64,000 nt of DNA, taken from the NCBI GenBank assembly GCA_964106915.2, contig OZ066923.1; one strand, 5' to 3'. Positions 51,901 through 63,675 of this stretch are shown here, in pieces. The number at the start of each line of letters is the position of its first letter. The first letter of the stretch is position 1. The notes below the pieces were generated by a model that made no database searches, was not told the DNA's origin, and was given only the letters and a program-made list of their open reading frames with translations. The position numbers were made by a program, and so were the translations under genes. Origin of the DNA: Podarcis gaigeae (lineage: Eukaryota).

Positions 51901-54900
51901 CTGTTCCACACTCCAGGCATTTTAAGAATACTCATGTTTGGGGTGGGACCAGGCCTACTTTTTCTTATAGGAACATAAGAAGCTGCCTTACCCTGATTGA
52001 AACCTACTTCAGTAGTGTCTACATCGGGGTAGACCAAGATGCCCCTCCCACCATTACACTGTATAATATTCAAGAGACAGGTGTAGGGTGACAGTCAATA
52101 CTAAGGTAAAAGCAATTGTACAGTATACTGATTGGAATAATAGCATTACTTATATAGCTACATATTGCATTGTATTGTAAGTGCCTTTTCCTTTCACTTT
52201 ATTGTTCCACTGAAAATTTTCAATAAAATATAAATATTTTTTTTTAATACTATGGTTAAACCAATACGGAAATAATTCCAGAAAAACAGTTGTCTGTGCA
52301 CAACACAGTATCTAAGACAATAGTCTTCCTAAAAAGAAATACTTCCTACCAAGCATGGGGCTCAGGTTCAAGTGTCTGGTTAAGTAAGTATTGTAGCGAA
52401 TTACATGGACCCAGGGTATCTTCAATTTGCACTGAACGTCTTCAAGAGGAGCGCTTTCAGCTCCATCACTTTCTGCTTTATCTTCATGTGGCAAAGTCAT
52501 CACGGGAACTTTGTAGCAAACATCATATCCTTCTGGAAAGCAAAATACATGTTACACAATTCCAGCTCTCAATAATATACACAAAACACCTGACATCAAT
52601 TAGTTGCTGTTTTTTAAGTTCCACATTGTGCACAGTTTAGCATAAAATAAATTGAAACCAACTGTAAGACAATGGAGCCCCATCAAGACATTTCTAGTTA
52701 TTGTGGGTTTATTGTTGATTATTACTTAATTAATAACAGTGCAATCAGTGTGCATGGAACAAAAAATCCTCTAAATACTTTAATACAAAGATATATGGGG
52801 GGGGTCTGGTTTCCCTTCACATTTTAACACCATGATCAATATCAATTTCAAAGTCAAATACCAATTTTAAGTGGTGAAATATTTGGTCTTAGTAGCCTCT
52901 TATAACAATCCCATATTTTAAACCAGTTGAAAATTGGAAAATTTCTCATTTGCTTTGTTTTATTTATATTATCTACCCATTGTACTTTAGATCTTTTCTG
53001 AAGTTTGATGATCCATTAATTACTACAGTGTGCAATGTAATAGCACTCCTAAACCAATGAGGGATTTGTACGGGCCAGTTTATTACCTGTAGGAATGCAT
53101 CAAAACATAATGAAACCCCTAATTCATTTTCTTCCATTGGCTAATGTCCCTGAGAACTTTTTGCTTTCCCTTGTAATAAGTAATTTGGTAATCTATGTTT
53201 CAGATGATTACTTTAATCCATTCTGCATATGTCTTGGAACAGACACTTGTTTGATCATGCTCTCTCTGTGTCAAACTCTACTCAGCTGTGTGTTCATTTC
53301 AATCCCTATACTGTGATTGTTTTATTCCTCCTCCTAACTGCAGCAGAAACCAGAAATAGAGCTAAAAGGCGCTAATTTATGAATTCATCAATCACAGATT
53401 AGGGCACAGGATGCTGTGCCAAAAGAGGCTCAAAAGCACTCAGCAGTAGCTGGTGCATACTATCTTTAGCTAGGCACTGGTTTACACATTACACACCTTG
53501 ACACTTCAGTGCCACATAGTACTCTATACCTCACAACCTGAGATACGGGTGGTGAGTTTATTGACTATCGCTTGGCTTAACAGTACCATGTTGCCACATA
53601 GCATGCACACAGGAAACACACCTGCCCGTTCTGGGACACTGTCTCCCATATTACTATCCAGCCTGCCTCCTCTGCTTGGTCCCTGATTGAACAGAGGGAG
53701 CAGGTTGGAGAGACATTTTGCAGCAGCCTGGTGTGATGACTGTGTGCTCATCTACAGGGAGAGAGAAAAACAGTTCTGCTATTTATTTTGGCATTTGTAC
53801 CTCACTTTTGTATGATAACTCGTACTTAATGTCTTATGGAGTATGGTGATCCCTTTTTGTGCAGGTGCTGTTCTTGTGGTATATGTGAAAGTAGATATTT
53901 TAAAAATACACCTGCCAAATTTGCCATCTTCGTATGGCTTTTTTCAGTCACTCAATAACATACATTCTGTAGAATAACACAAGGCTAACAGACAAATACC
54001 AGACAAAAAGTCCTTGTAGGAAGAACTGAGGTCCAGCAGAGCAAATTCCGGCATGTTTTCTTGAGCTCTCTGTCTCATGTTATACAATTTAACAGGCTTC
54101 TTTCCAATTAATTGCTGTGAAGTCAGAATAGCTTCACTGACCTAGAATCAAGATGTATTTGATCAGATTTAACTCATTGTAATATGTACTAGCTTTAAAA
54201 CTGTAAATCAGAAAATTAGCAGTAAAAGCAAATACACAATATATATAATATAAATGGCTGTAGAAATGTTCTATGTTATTTTGACTTATGCTATATCACT
54301 GTCACTGATAATTTAATTATTATACAAGCAATTTCGAATCAAGACATATCGACCTACATCACACAGGTGCCTAACTACATGACAGACAGGCGTGCATACT
54401 TATAAGGCACTTAACCAAAAGCAAGCAATGCAACTGTAGGGTAATTTTGTTCCTTCTTTACTGCCTTTAACCTCCTAGGTGCATTTGCACGAGAATAAAA
54501 CCTCTCAATCTAGGCCCATACAGTGTATTAATCTGCCAATGACTATTTCCATTACTTATGGCATTCTAGGTATGGGAAATAACTGCTTCTGGGTTCCCTG
54601 TTATTTTCATGAATAAATTGATTTTTATATGCACTTTACCTTAGTATGTGCATTTTGCTACTCATTGCTTGGCTGGTGAACTGCATTTCCAAATTCAGAA
54701 GAGGGCAAATTTTGGGGAATCACTATGAGTTAAGGAGATCCACCTTTAAACTGAACTCAGTCACATTTATCCTCCCTCCCAAGAAGCCATGAGATACTTA
54801 AAAATTGAAGTCCCCTCACTCATTTATAATTACAATTTGAAATCAGCATTAATGGTCATATTACTGAAATTAATTGTTGCTCTTGCTCAAGTTTTTGCCA

Positions 54901-57900
54901 TTTCCCAAAAATACAAAAGATATTAACTAATATTGAAAGTACGGAGGATTACACTGAAAATTGTTAAGTGTTGCCATCATCACCCTATCGTTCTTCCTTC
55001 CTATAATATAAACTGTAGAATGTTTGTTTTTTTCTCTGCAGGAGGTCAAATTAATAATTATTAAAGAAATATAAGTAAGATTACAGAAATAAGCCCCAAA
55101 CCTGTGCAGCAGCTCGTATTGCAATCCAGGCCTGCACCCTGTACATTTCCAGGGCTGTAATTTCCTCCGAACTAACACGATGTCTGCTGACAGCCTAAAT
55201 TTAACACAAGTTCAAAATTAGGGGGGGGGGGAGGGAAATCAATATATTATGGAAAAGCATTTTTAAACAACACAATATACTGTAAAAACTTCTGGAACGT
55301 CATGAAGAAAAAATTATTCTTATTTCTTTATGGTGCTGTCCTATGCATGTTGACTCCAAAGTAAAACCCAATGAGTGCAATGAGAATTACTCCCTGGCAA
55401 GTGGATATAAGATCTTACACTGCAATCTCTCTATCTTGAATGAAATAGCTATTCTGATGGCTTGTTTTGGAGGTATAAACTTGGTACAGCAGCTACATGC
55501 AAAAGAGGACAGAACTCCTGCATCATTAATAATTGTGAAGAAGAGGGAATTTCTGTTTGCATGAAAAGCTACACCTCCTGGCATTTCCTCTAATACCCTT
55601 GGCCCCTTAAAATTTGTGCATTAAAAAAAAGACAAGCAGGTAGAGTAAATGGCATGGCAGGTCTAAACATGTGCACCTGAAGAATAGAATTATTACAGTA
55701 CTTTATAATCCAGTTATTTCTTTTGTGGTGACAGTGAGAAAAAAGGGGAGATAGGAGTGATATATGCTCAAAGAAGACGGTATCAGTTTCTTTGTTCAGA
55801 AAAACATGACAACAAGAAGGCTAAAATGAATGAAGATAAAAAACAAAGGTGGTTGTTCCCATATGATAAAACTACAACACTTCTAAATTCTGTGCATAGC
55901 TACAGAGAATCAAAGCTGAAACATTTGACTTAGTTGCTTAATTCATGGAAAATTACTGGGGATCCAAAATAGGAGAGGTCCTTCAGTGTTCAGGAATTTA
56001 AAGTCTTTCATTGTTTTTGAGACTGTTTTTCACCACAATTAAGAAACAGTTGTTATAATAAAGGACTAGTATAACTACAAAAGTACTTCATTGGGGTTTG
56101 GACGTAGTGATTCAATAGATCTGATTGCTAAACTCCACAAGACAAGCAAGAGATTGCAGGGGTCAACATAGCTGTCATAGTTCATTGGGAATAAATGTTT
56201 GACAAATTCATGCAAAAGAAAAAGCTTGATCTATCCCCACTTACCTGGGAACAAGCCTCATTAATTTCAATAGGACTTACTTTGATATGGTTAGAGCGCT
56301 GTCAGTGGCCATGTTCAGGCATTTTTTTGTGTGAACTAAAGCTACTGTATGCACATGCCTTTAGTCGAAGACAAATGGTACATACCCTTGGTTTAAATGT
56401 TCTTCCCTTCAGTGAACCAGAAGTTGGAGATTCCTCCTTGTTTGTAATTAAATAAAAATATAGCAATGCTACCTCCATGTATGATTTTCTTATCAATCTG
56501 CAAAGCAAACAAACAAGCCCACGAAGCTGTAACATAATTTTACACAAATCGTTATAGAAACAAAGTGGCTAGTTTGTGCTCTGGCAACAAGCAAATGGAA
56601 GCCGGGGCATGACATTTTGCATGTCACCACAATGCAGCGGAAACACCCACACAATGCACTTCAATGTAGCCACACTACACTAAATGCAATCTTAAACTGG
56701 ATTTTTTTCCCTTTACCACATTATCAGTGGATTAGGAAAATCCAAATTAAATGGAGGGCAAGTGAGGACTGCCTCTTGGATGAGAACAGTGGCACATGGA
56801 TGACACAAGCAAACAAACATGCACACCTGTGATGCATGAAATCCACTTTAAGCCTCTGTGTGTAAACACCCTTACATCCAAGAAACCTGACATTCCATTT
56901 AGTTCATGAATAAACCTTCCTTAGGATTTGCACATAGCATGCCGAGCACTTCAAGATGTAGATTAGAACACAATTTACAAGTTGCACTGTAGAAAAAGGG
57001 CATCCGTCCTAGGCATCCTTACTTGGGGTAAGTACTGAATCCACTTCAAGGGTTTTTTCCTACAATCAAGTGGTATATAAATTTTGTAAAATAAATAAGA
57101 GGCCTGGCTTCTAAGTAAGGGGGGGCAGGGTATCTGTTAGCCTTTATTTTACTAGAAAAGGACAATGAAAACACCAATTCAAAACACACAGGTAAAAGAA
57201 TTTGAACAGCTGCTTACCCAAAATTTTGGTAACTACCAAGACTTAACTTTATGGCATCCAGCAAACTCTCAACAGCTACTGTTGATTTATTAACACCCAT
57301 ACAATCAATTTGTCGTTCTATCTTCCCTAAATAGAAAAAAGAGACACACAAATTAATCTGACAAGCTAATGCAGAAAATGCTCAATAGCAATGTTTTGCA
57401 ACCAGGCGGCATATGAAGATATCGGGGGGGGGGGGGGGACCTATTTTTTCTTTCTTTAAAAAAAGAACAATATAATGCCCTCTAAGGGCCCTATGTACAA
57501 TGTACACGACACAGGCATGGGAATACTGTGGGGATATGAGCTGCATATTATCGTACCTTTCCGAAAAAGAAGTTCTGCTTCCAGATCAAACTCTCGTCTC
57601 ACTGAAGCAGCACATAGATCCAGTGCTGTTTCTGTATGCCGGAGGGCTTTTACCCATTGGAACTCAGATTGTGGTTTAGACATGCAAGATAATTCTAGAG
57701 TCAATGTATGTGCTAGAAATCAAGAAACAGAAATCAAGAATACTTGCAAGAAAGTGTTACCCAAGGAAGAACAAAAATCAAATATTGTGAAAAATAAAAT
57801 ACATTCCCTTTTCTTTTTTAAAAAATTAAGAGCCAAAAAATTATGTCCGAGTAGCTGACAACAAAAATTGAACATGCTGTGAATGTCACTATATATCTCA

Positions 57901-60900
57901 ATATTTTGAGATATCTCACATTAGCACTAAATTGACTGCAGATATATTTATAGTTCTATATGTGAGCATATGCAAGGCAGCTGAAAAAGGCAAGTTATAG
58001 TAAATGCAATATTTAGATGACAACAAACCAATAAACCTTACTACAATTTCTCATTTGAAGAGCAGTAATCCTAGACATCCTAGACCAGGCTTCCTCAACC
58101 TCAGCCTTCCAGATGTTTTGAGACTACAGTTCCCATGATCCCTGACCACTGGTCTTGCTAGCTAGGGATCATGGGAGTTGTAGGCCAAAAACATCTGGAG
58201 GGCCAAAGTTGAGGAAGCCTGTCCTAGACTAAACTGTGACAGCCAACAAAAACATTACTCATTTCAGTATAGCCAACAATACTATAGTTTAAACTGTTGC
58301 TTTACAATTTCTATTTTTAGTATCTTTCCATTACAGATTCCAGCAAAAAAATGTTTATGTATTTAAAGTTGCCAATAACATAACTGAAATATATTGCAGT
58401 ACCTGGATATCAGATGTGCTTTATAAATAATAACATGTTTTGTAGGACACTTAAATTTCCTTACCAATTCTCAGTTTGACTTTTGCCAGTAATCTGATAT
58501 GTGGCAGGTATATGTTTTTCAAAGGCTCCAGTAGAGTTGTCAGTGTAGGATCTGCTGTAGGTTTTTCAAGTAATTGCCCCAAAACATATAACTGTTGAAA
58601 AGTGTGATTTAGTAATGAAAATTTGCTAATCCTATTACTCTTATACAAACAGATCCCTGCAATTGTCACTGTTATTAGGTCTTTTGCATTCAGAGATTTC
58701 AGAGTTATTAAGGATTGTGCTGCTGGAGCAAATGCTCCATTCATGTCAGGAATGGGTGTCGGGAGCAGGTCAGCAGTAACTCACACAGCATCAGAGAAGT
58801 TAATTCTTTATCCAAAGAAAAAGACAGCTCAGGAGGCCAGGGCTAGTGAGCACAGCAACTCTCCCCAGTAGATCTTGCCCCAAAGAGGCAGTTGTGAGGA
58901 CTGAAGGTCTCCACCTTCCCACAGTTCCCTAAGTCTCCTCCTCCACCACGTTCTTCCCAAGCAATCTGAGACTTCATCATCTTGCCTTTCTTTGCTCCAT
59001 CCTCTTCATACTTCTTCTGGTTCTAGGAAACCAGATGGGAGGGGAGCTGGTTGCACCAGGAGAGGGAGACCCCCTTGCTTCTTCAGCAGCCTGCCTCATC
59101 TCTGCCTCCTGGCCCCCCTCCTCTCCAGCCCCCACTTCTGCCTCTGATTCTGGACTGCTCTCTGCCACAGACTCTTTCTGCTCTCTAAACCCTGTTACCT
59201 CTTCAGCTTCCGACACTTCCTCCCCCCAGTCTGCTCCCTCTTTCCCCTCTGACCACTCATTGCCATCCCACCACCAGTCCCCTGGCTCTGAGTCTTGTTC
59301 CCTTGGGGATTCCACAGCTGGTGCCCCCCACTACTCTTCTGCATCCAGCCAGTCTATGACAGTTCATTGCAAGCTAGTAAAGGAATACGGATTTAAGTCA
59401 GGGTGGAGAATCCTATGCGGCAAATTGAACAATGATGTGAAATGAAGATTGTTGGGACCTCACAGGGCTTGCAAAGAGTCCTGGCTGGTGCTCTGAAGTG
59501 TTGCTGATCAGCAAGCTTGATGTCACCACCCATCAGTTGACAGTGACTTCATGCCTGCTTTCCCACTGGAAGCTCAGTGATACAGCCAATCCAACAGGCT
59601 TGAACTCACTGCCTATCAGCTGATGAGCAATGACTGCAAGCCTGCATTCTGAAGGGAACAGCTGGGATCCAAAAATGTTGGATTCATACCAATAGTAGCT
59701 TTCTCTCATCTAAACTGAGCCTATTAAATCCCAGGGAGCCGAGTCAAAATTGACTCCATTCTTTGCCCCATGGCATTTGACATTGCTTCCTACATGAACA
59801 CATTTTAAGAGCCAAGCTACACCTGACACTAAATGCATCTTGTATCTAATGTGCATGCATGGTGTAGAAATTTAACTCATTTCTCACCTGCTGTCATCCT
59901 AATGAATCTAATATTTTCATTGGGAAAGAGGAAATCCGTCATTGGGATTTTCCTCAGAACTATAGCAAGGGAAGAAAGAAATTCCCTCTCACACTGAGAG
60001 TTAAATTCCCTCTGATCCCACTGAATAACCAACACCCACCTCACATTTAATATCACATACAGTGTGGCATTAAACACAGCTGGAGTTGTTGTTTTTACCC
60101 CTAGAACTTCAGCACGGTCTTTCCATATTGCATGGACTTGTGTATACCTTTACACCATAAGAAGACAGTAAACTCTATGACAAATTTAAACTAGCATTAA
60201 ATCATCAGAATGCACTCACCTGTTGGACAACAATTGTGTGTGCCATAATTAATACATCCATTTGATCAGTTTTAGACGTCTGATTATCTGAATCCTCCCC
60301 TGCTTGTGTTTTCATTATGTCAGTCAGCAGAAGCATACTCTGCACTAGTGTTAAAGAAGCTGGTGGAGAAATCAGAGTCTTTTCTTCAAGTAACCTGATT
60401 ACATTCTATAAAAACATAACAGAATACATTCATGTGCAGTTACAGTCTAGCGGAATGTTTCTCAAATGTTTTTCAAAAGGGGGAGGAAACACAAACCAAG
60501 GAGATGCAGCAAAATTAAATGAAAATCTAGGATGTCAAGGAAAGACAAGCTGGGAAGTCTTCATATGATGGGACATGACTAGAGATGTTTTATGGTTGTA
60601 ATAGGTACCTACTATTCTATTAGATGTTGTAAAAGGTAAAGGGACCCCTGACCATTTGGTCCAGTCATGGCCAACTCTGGGGTTGCGGCGCTCATCTCGC
60701 TTTATTGACCAAGGGAGCCAGCGTACAGCTTCCGGGTCATGTGGCCAGCATGACTAAGCCGCTTCTGGAGAACCAGAGCAGCGCACGGAAACGCCGTTTA
60801 CCTTCCCGCTGGAGCGGTACCTATTTATCTACTTGCACTTTGGCATGCTTTCAAACTGCTAGGTTGGCAGGAGCAGGGTCCGAGCAACGGGAGCTCACCC

Positions 60901-63675
60901 CGTCTACTAGGCTCTGTGGTTTAACCCACAGTGCCACCCATGTCACTATTAGATGTTGTACTAGATGTTTAAAAGAGGTGATAAGAAAAACTAGAATGAC
61001 ACAGCAAAGGAAACAAATGCATGGAAGGGAAAAATGCAAAAAATAAAATAAAAAATTCAATGGATCTAACTTAGTCATGTTTATTACTTTCAAGGGCCTA
61101 TTCTGAATAACAATTAGTTGGACACCACACTTTATATTAAGACACTTAGCTAAAATAAATCCATGAATTATGTCAGAATTAATGTTTTTTACACCAATTT
61201 TACTGGGAAAGAGTTCACAAATCAGTTTTGAGTCCAAACCTGTAAACAACACTTAATGTCAGCCACTGGTTTTCCTTCTTGCAGGCCAAGCATAACAGCT
61301 TGCATTGTAATTTCGGCAAGTGTCTCAACATCATTGAATTCCTCCGCTTCCATTTGTACCTCACCAATCAGACTTGAGCACTCCTTCAATTCATTTTCTC
61401 AAATAAGCAGAAATGCACCTCCATCAGTACACACATTATTTTCCCAAACAGCAGCACATACAATTTTCAATTATCGTAATAATGACAAATAATAATGGAA
61501 CATTTAATATGTTAATAATATAACATTTCAAGCATGCATATTAGCATCTTTTTTTTTTTTTACTCAAAGATATTGACAAACATGATCAAGATCCTGTGAG
61601 CATTGCATTGCCTTCACTATAGTGATTTAGCGCAGATGTAGTGCTGCCTGATTGTACTAAAATGTACTAAAAGGAAGGCCACATCTGCTTTTAGTAATGC
61701 AGCTTTATATACAGTGCATGCAAGATGCAGCTGGAGTTGAGTGCTACCTAAGTAGGAAGAACCTTTTTGAACGATGTAATAATCATAGTAAAAGTGTTAG
61801 GGCTAGTAGGACAAAACATATTGATGAATTATGTTAAGGAATGCAGTTAATTCTCCATGAGTCAGCAGACGATTCATTCCGCAGAATGCAGCTGCAGGCA
61901 TCCTGTGACTCTCTTATCTGTGTTACTGGGCAGATTTGGCAAGTAACTGTGTATAAAAAGGGCTCAGGTTACAGCATGCTAAATGGGTTGCAGTAGGAGA
62001 TTGCAGAAATTGTTGAAGGCTATCTGGTGGAACTGTAGATTCGAGTGAAGAATTTGTGAAGAGACTCTCTTTTCTGTGGTTAGCTGAACCACTTGACTGA
62101 GCTTCCACAGAGCATACACCCAACACCCCAACAAATTAACAGTAGTTTTAAGGTCAAATACTACCTTTCATAGTTTCAATGCCTCGCGCCTGTGCTGTCA
62201 TCGCAGTCACTAATGCCAAACGACATCTCAGCCATATATGTATATTCATATGTTTTCGTGCTGTTACATTGTGAAGCAGATTGGAATCTTCAACATAAAT
62301 TATATCACCATTTATCTAAAAGACATGGGGAAAATAAACTAACTGGGTGCATTGTTCAATTCTTCTATTGTAGAATAATTTATCATTAATGTACAGAAAA
62401 ATGTAAAGTAATCTAGTACATGTATTGAGTTATTTATGAAAACAATTGTTCTGCTTCTAGTTAAATGGGTTGTAATACAGAATAGACATGTATTAATCTA
62501 AAAGGATCACATATGGTTTCCAGAGTTGGCTATAACTTTAAGGCACTTTTATTTTTTTAGCTCTGTGTGACTTATCATCATAAACTTGTCAAGATATTTT
62601 GACACATACCTCTATTTTTCTCTCTGGTTTTTTAATTGAATCAAGTGATTTCTTGAAAATTGTTGCATCTTGAAGAAGTTTTATTGCAGAAAAGGCCAAA
62701 GCAGCACTGTGATAAGCAAACGTATCATTAAACATTTAAGAAGTTTAAGTATTTCCTATTTTAAAGCAATAGTTCTCGTACCCACATCAGCTGCCATCAA
62801 TTTAGTTTGTATTCATGGGAAAACATAGTATAAACCACAGGAGTTTTTAACAGAAATAGCTAACATTTTGCTGCTTTGTTGTTTGCCACCCTGGGTTCTT
62901 TAGGGGGAAGGCTGAGAGAAATTTAATAAATTTTAAAAGTTGAATTTGATAGCATTTTGGTCACTGTTCACAATCAGTACATCAACAATTGGTTCATCAT
63001 CACCAGATCCTGAGTGCTACTGCAGATTAAGTGCAGGATCATTGCCCCTCAGGTCAGTTCCATGACCAACTGTTCTAGGGCATAGTCATATAGTGTATTT
63101 TTTTGTCATGACTGGAACGTATTCTGGAGGTGTCTCCTGGCTCCTGGACCATGACAGTACCAACACTTAGGTCAGTAATGCTTTAACTGAATGTGACTGT
63201 GTAGCAACATCTTGTTACCTCCTAAATCCACCCCTTCTCCACCCAGCCATTAGCAAGCCACATGGATGCCAAACTGCCCACTCATCAACACAAGATTATA
63301 ACCAGCACAGCATGTGTGTGGGCCAATGGTCTCAACTTTTCTTGAAAGATAGCATTTCCAGGCCACAGTCCCATTTTGGATAAAGTCAGCTTTTCTTAAA
63401 AATAAATAAATTTTAACATAAGGACACTGTTTTTCCACTAGAATTTTTTTAAAAAAGAAGTGGAAATAACAAATGTGCTGCTGAAAACTGGATTATTATT
63501 TTTACCTGAATGCTGTTTGAAGTCTTTGCTGAGCAATAGCTGCAAGCTGAAGCTTAGCTTCAATGACAGTCTCCAATTCTGAAGCTGAACACTCATAAAG
63601 CAATGTGCCATATTTATTTTGTATGATTTCGAGAACTGAATTAATCCTTTCTTCAGCTTCTGCCAATAAAATCCC
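45865..63675 (-). CDS. CFAP54: CFAP54 (cilia- and flagella-associated protein 54), 3' portion, last 18 coding exons (~844 aa); gene continues beyond the window end
   Basis: 18 exons join in phase (2535 nt including TGA). Motifs IHIWLRCRLALVTA, PLKNIYLPHI-LLAKVKLRI, EAELLFRKGKIERQI, AWIAIRAAAQVSEA, ELCVQWYLP and terminal IPFDITLPSI...ANGC...FNWIVS match vertebrate CFAP54. Same-strand position upstream of NEDD1 matches mammalian synteny. Confidence 0.95.
47123..47200 (-). CDS. CFAP54: CFAP54 exon
   Basis: EMVKQCFSEIRALLSVDPHEPPPLTE; attag| and |gtatgt. Confidence 0.92.
49286..49439 (-). CDS. CFAP54: CFAP54 exon
   Basis: (S)VIAVREKLSDLKLQIEMLMQTVKTSQLESET...VPLDEKTR; tttttag| and |gtatat. Confidence 0.88.
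49488..49705 (+). mobile_element. Tigger-like MITE
   Basis: TIRs plus TA flanks; 48 nt from a CFAP54 acceptor. Confidence 0.88.
50060..50166 (-). CDS. CFAP54: CFAP54 exon
   Basis: VLFVYAYNTKAVKITNIKSFNSANVYCGYLWIPLN; tgtag| and |gtaact. Confidence 0.93.
50793..50975 (-). CDS. CFAP54: CFAP54 exon
   Basis: SLSGALLPKRQTSWKLP...TPIRELCVQWYLPSLERSLKEGETM; tttag| and |gtaaga. Confidence 0.88.
51288..51496 (-). CDS. CFAP54: CFAP54 exon
   Basis: (A)VPKAGAGLFAKEDVLFTSVFDTTVTLRLAELHSFLKIYLLIYSGCC...MTVLGK; cacag| and |gtaatt. Confidence 0.9.
52350..52532 (-). CDS. CFAP54: CFAP54 exon
   Basis: (E)GYDVCYKVPVMTLPHEDKAES...LKIPWVHVIRYNTYLTRHLNLSPML; ttccag| and |gtagga. Confidence 0.9.
54000..54141 (-). 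CDS. CFAP54: CFAP54 exon
   Basis: VSEAILTSQQLIGKKPVKLYNMRQRAQENMPEFALLDLSSSYKDFLS; ttctag| and |gtattt. Confidence 0.93.
55102..55194 (-). CDS. CFAP54: CFAP54 exon
   Basis: AVSRHRVSSEEITALEMYRVQAWIAIRAAAQ; tttag| and |gtttgg. Confidence 0.92.
56386..56497 (-). CDS. CFAP54: CFAP54 exon
   Basis: (G)LIRKSYMEVALLYFYLITNKEESPTSGSLKGRTFKPR; ttgcag| and |gtatgt. Confidence 0.92.
57218..57326 (-). CDS. CFAP54: CFAP54 exon
   Basis: (G)KIERQIDCMGVNKSTVAVESLLDAIKLSLGSYQNF; tttag| and |gtaagc. Confidence 0.92.
57557..57712 (-). CDS. CFAP54: CFAP54 exon
   Basis: (A)HTLTLELSCMSKPQSEFQWVKALRHTETALDLCAASVRREFDLEAELLFRK; ttctag| and |gtacga. Confidence 0.92.
58086..58221. mobile_element. Palindromic hAT-type MITE
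   Basis: TIR CAGGCTTCCTCAAC...GTTGAGGAAGCCTG; perfect 8-bp TSD tcctagac. Confidence 0.9.
58465..58591 (-). CDS. CFAP54: CFAP54 exon
   Basis: LYVLGQLLEKPTADPTLTTLLEPLKNIYLPHIRLLAKVKLRI; caacag| and |gtaagg. Confidence 0.93.
58744..59361 (-). mobile_element. Solo LTR (Gypsy/ERV-like)
   Basis: TGTCA...TGACA termini, 5-bp flanks attca/gttca, purine-rich interior on minus, degenerate polyA-like GATAAA near its 3' end. Confidence 0.7.
60220..60405 (-). CDS. CFAP54: CFAP54 exon
   Basis: NVIRLLEEKTLISPPASLTLVQSMLLLTDIMKTQ...VLIMAHTIVVQQ; ttatag| and |gtgagt. Confidence 0.92.
60632..60945 (-). mobile_element. Sauria SINE with internal deletion of the B-box region
   Basis: TSD ctattagatgttgta at 60617-60631 and 60946-60960. 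Confidence 0.9.
61240..61397 (-). CDS. CFAP54: CFAP54 exon
   Basis: (E)NELKECSSLIGEVQMEAEEFNDVETLAEITMQAVMLGLQEGKPVADIKCCLQ; rare gag| acceptor, |gtttgg donor. Confidence 0.88.
62165..62315 (-). CDS. CFAP54: CFAP54 exon
   Basis: INGDIIYVEDSNLLHNVTARKHMNIHIWLRCRLALVTAMTAQARGIETMK; tttag| and |gtagta. Confidence 0.92.
62610..62706 (-). CDS. CFAP54: CFAP54 exon
   Basis: (S)AALAFSAIKLLQDATIFKKSLDSIKKPERKIE; cacag| and |gtatgt. Confidence 0.9.
63506..63675 (-). CDS. CFAP54: CFAP54 exon
   Basis: GILLAEAEERINSVLEIIQNKYGTLLYECSASELETVIEAKLQLAAIAQQRLQTAF; tttag| and |gtaaaa. Confidence 0.92.

Noticed and set aside
55387-55584. Minus-strand ORF between CFAP54 exons
   Set aside because: The flanking exons (56386 and 55194) join in phase and cover the homologous sequence without it; no recognisable homology.
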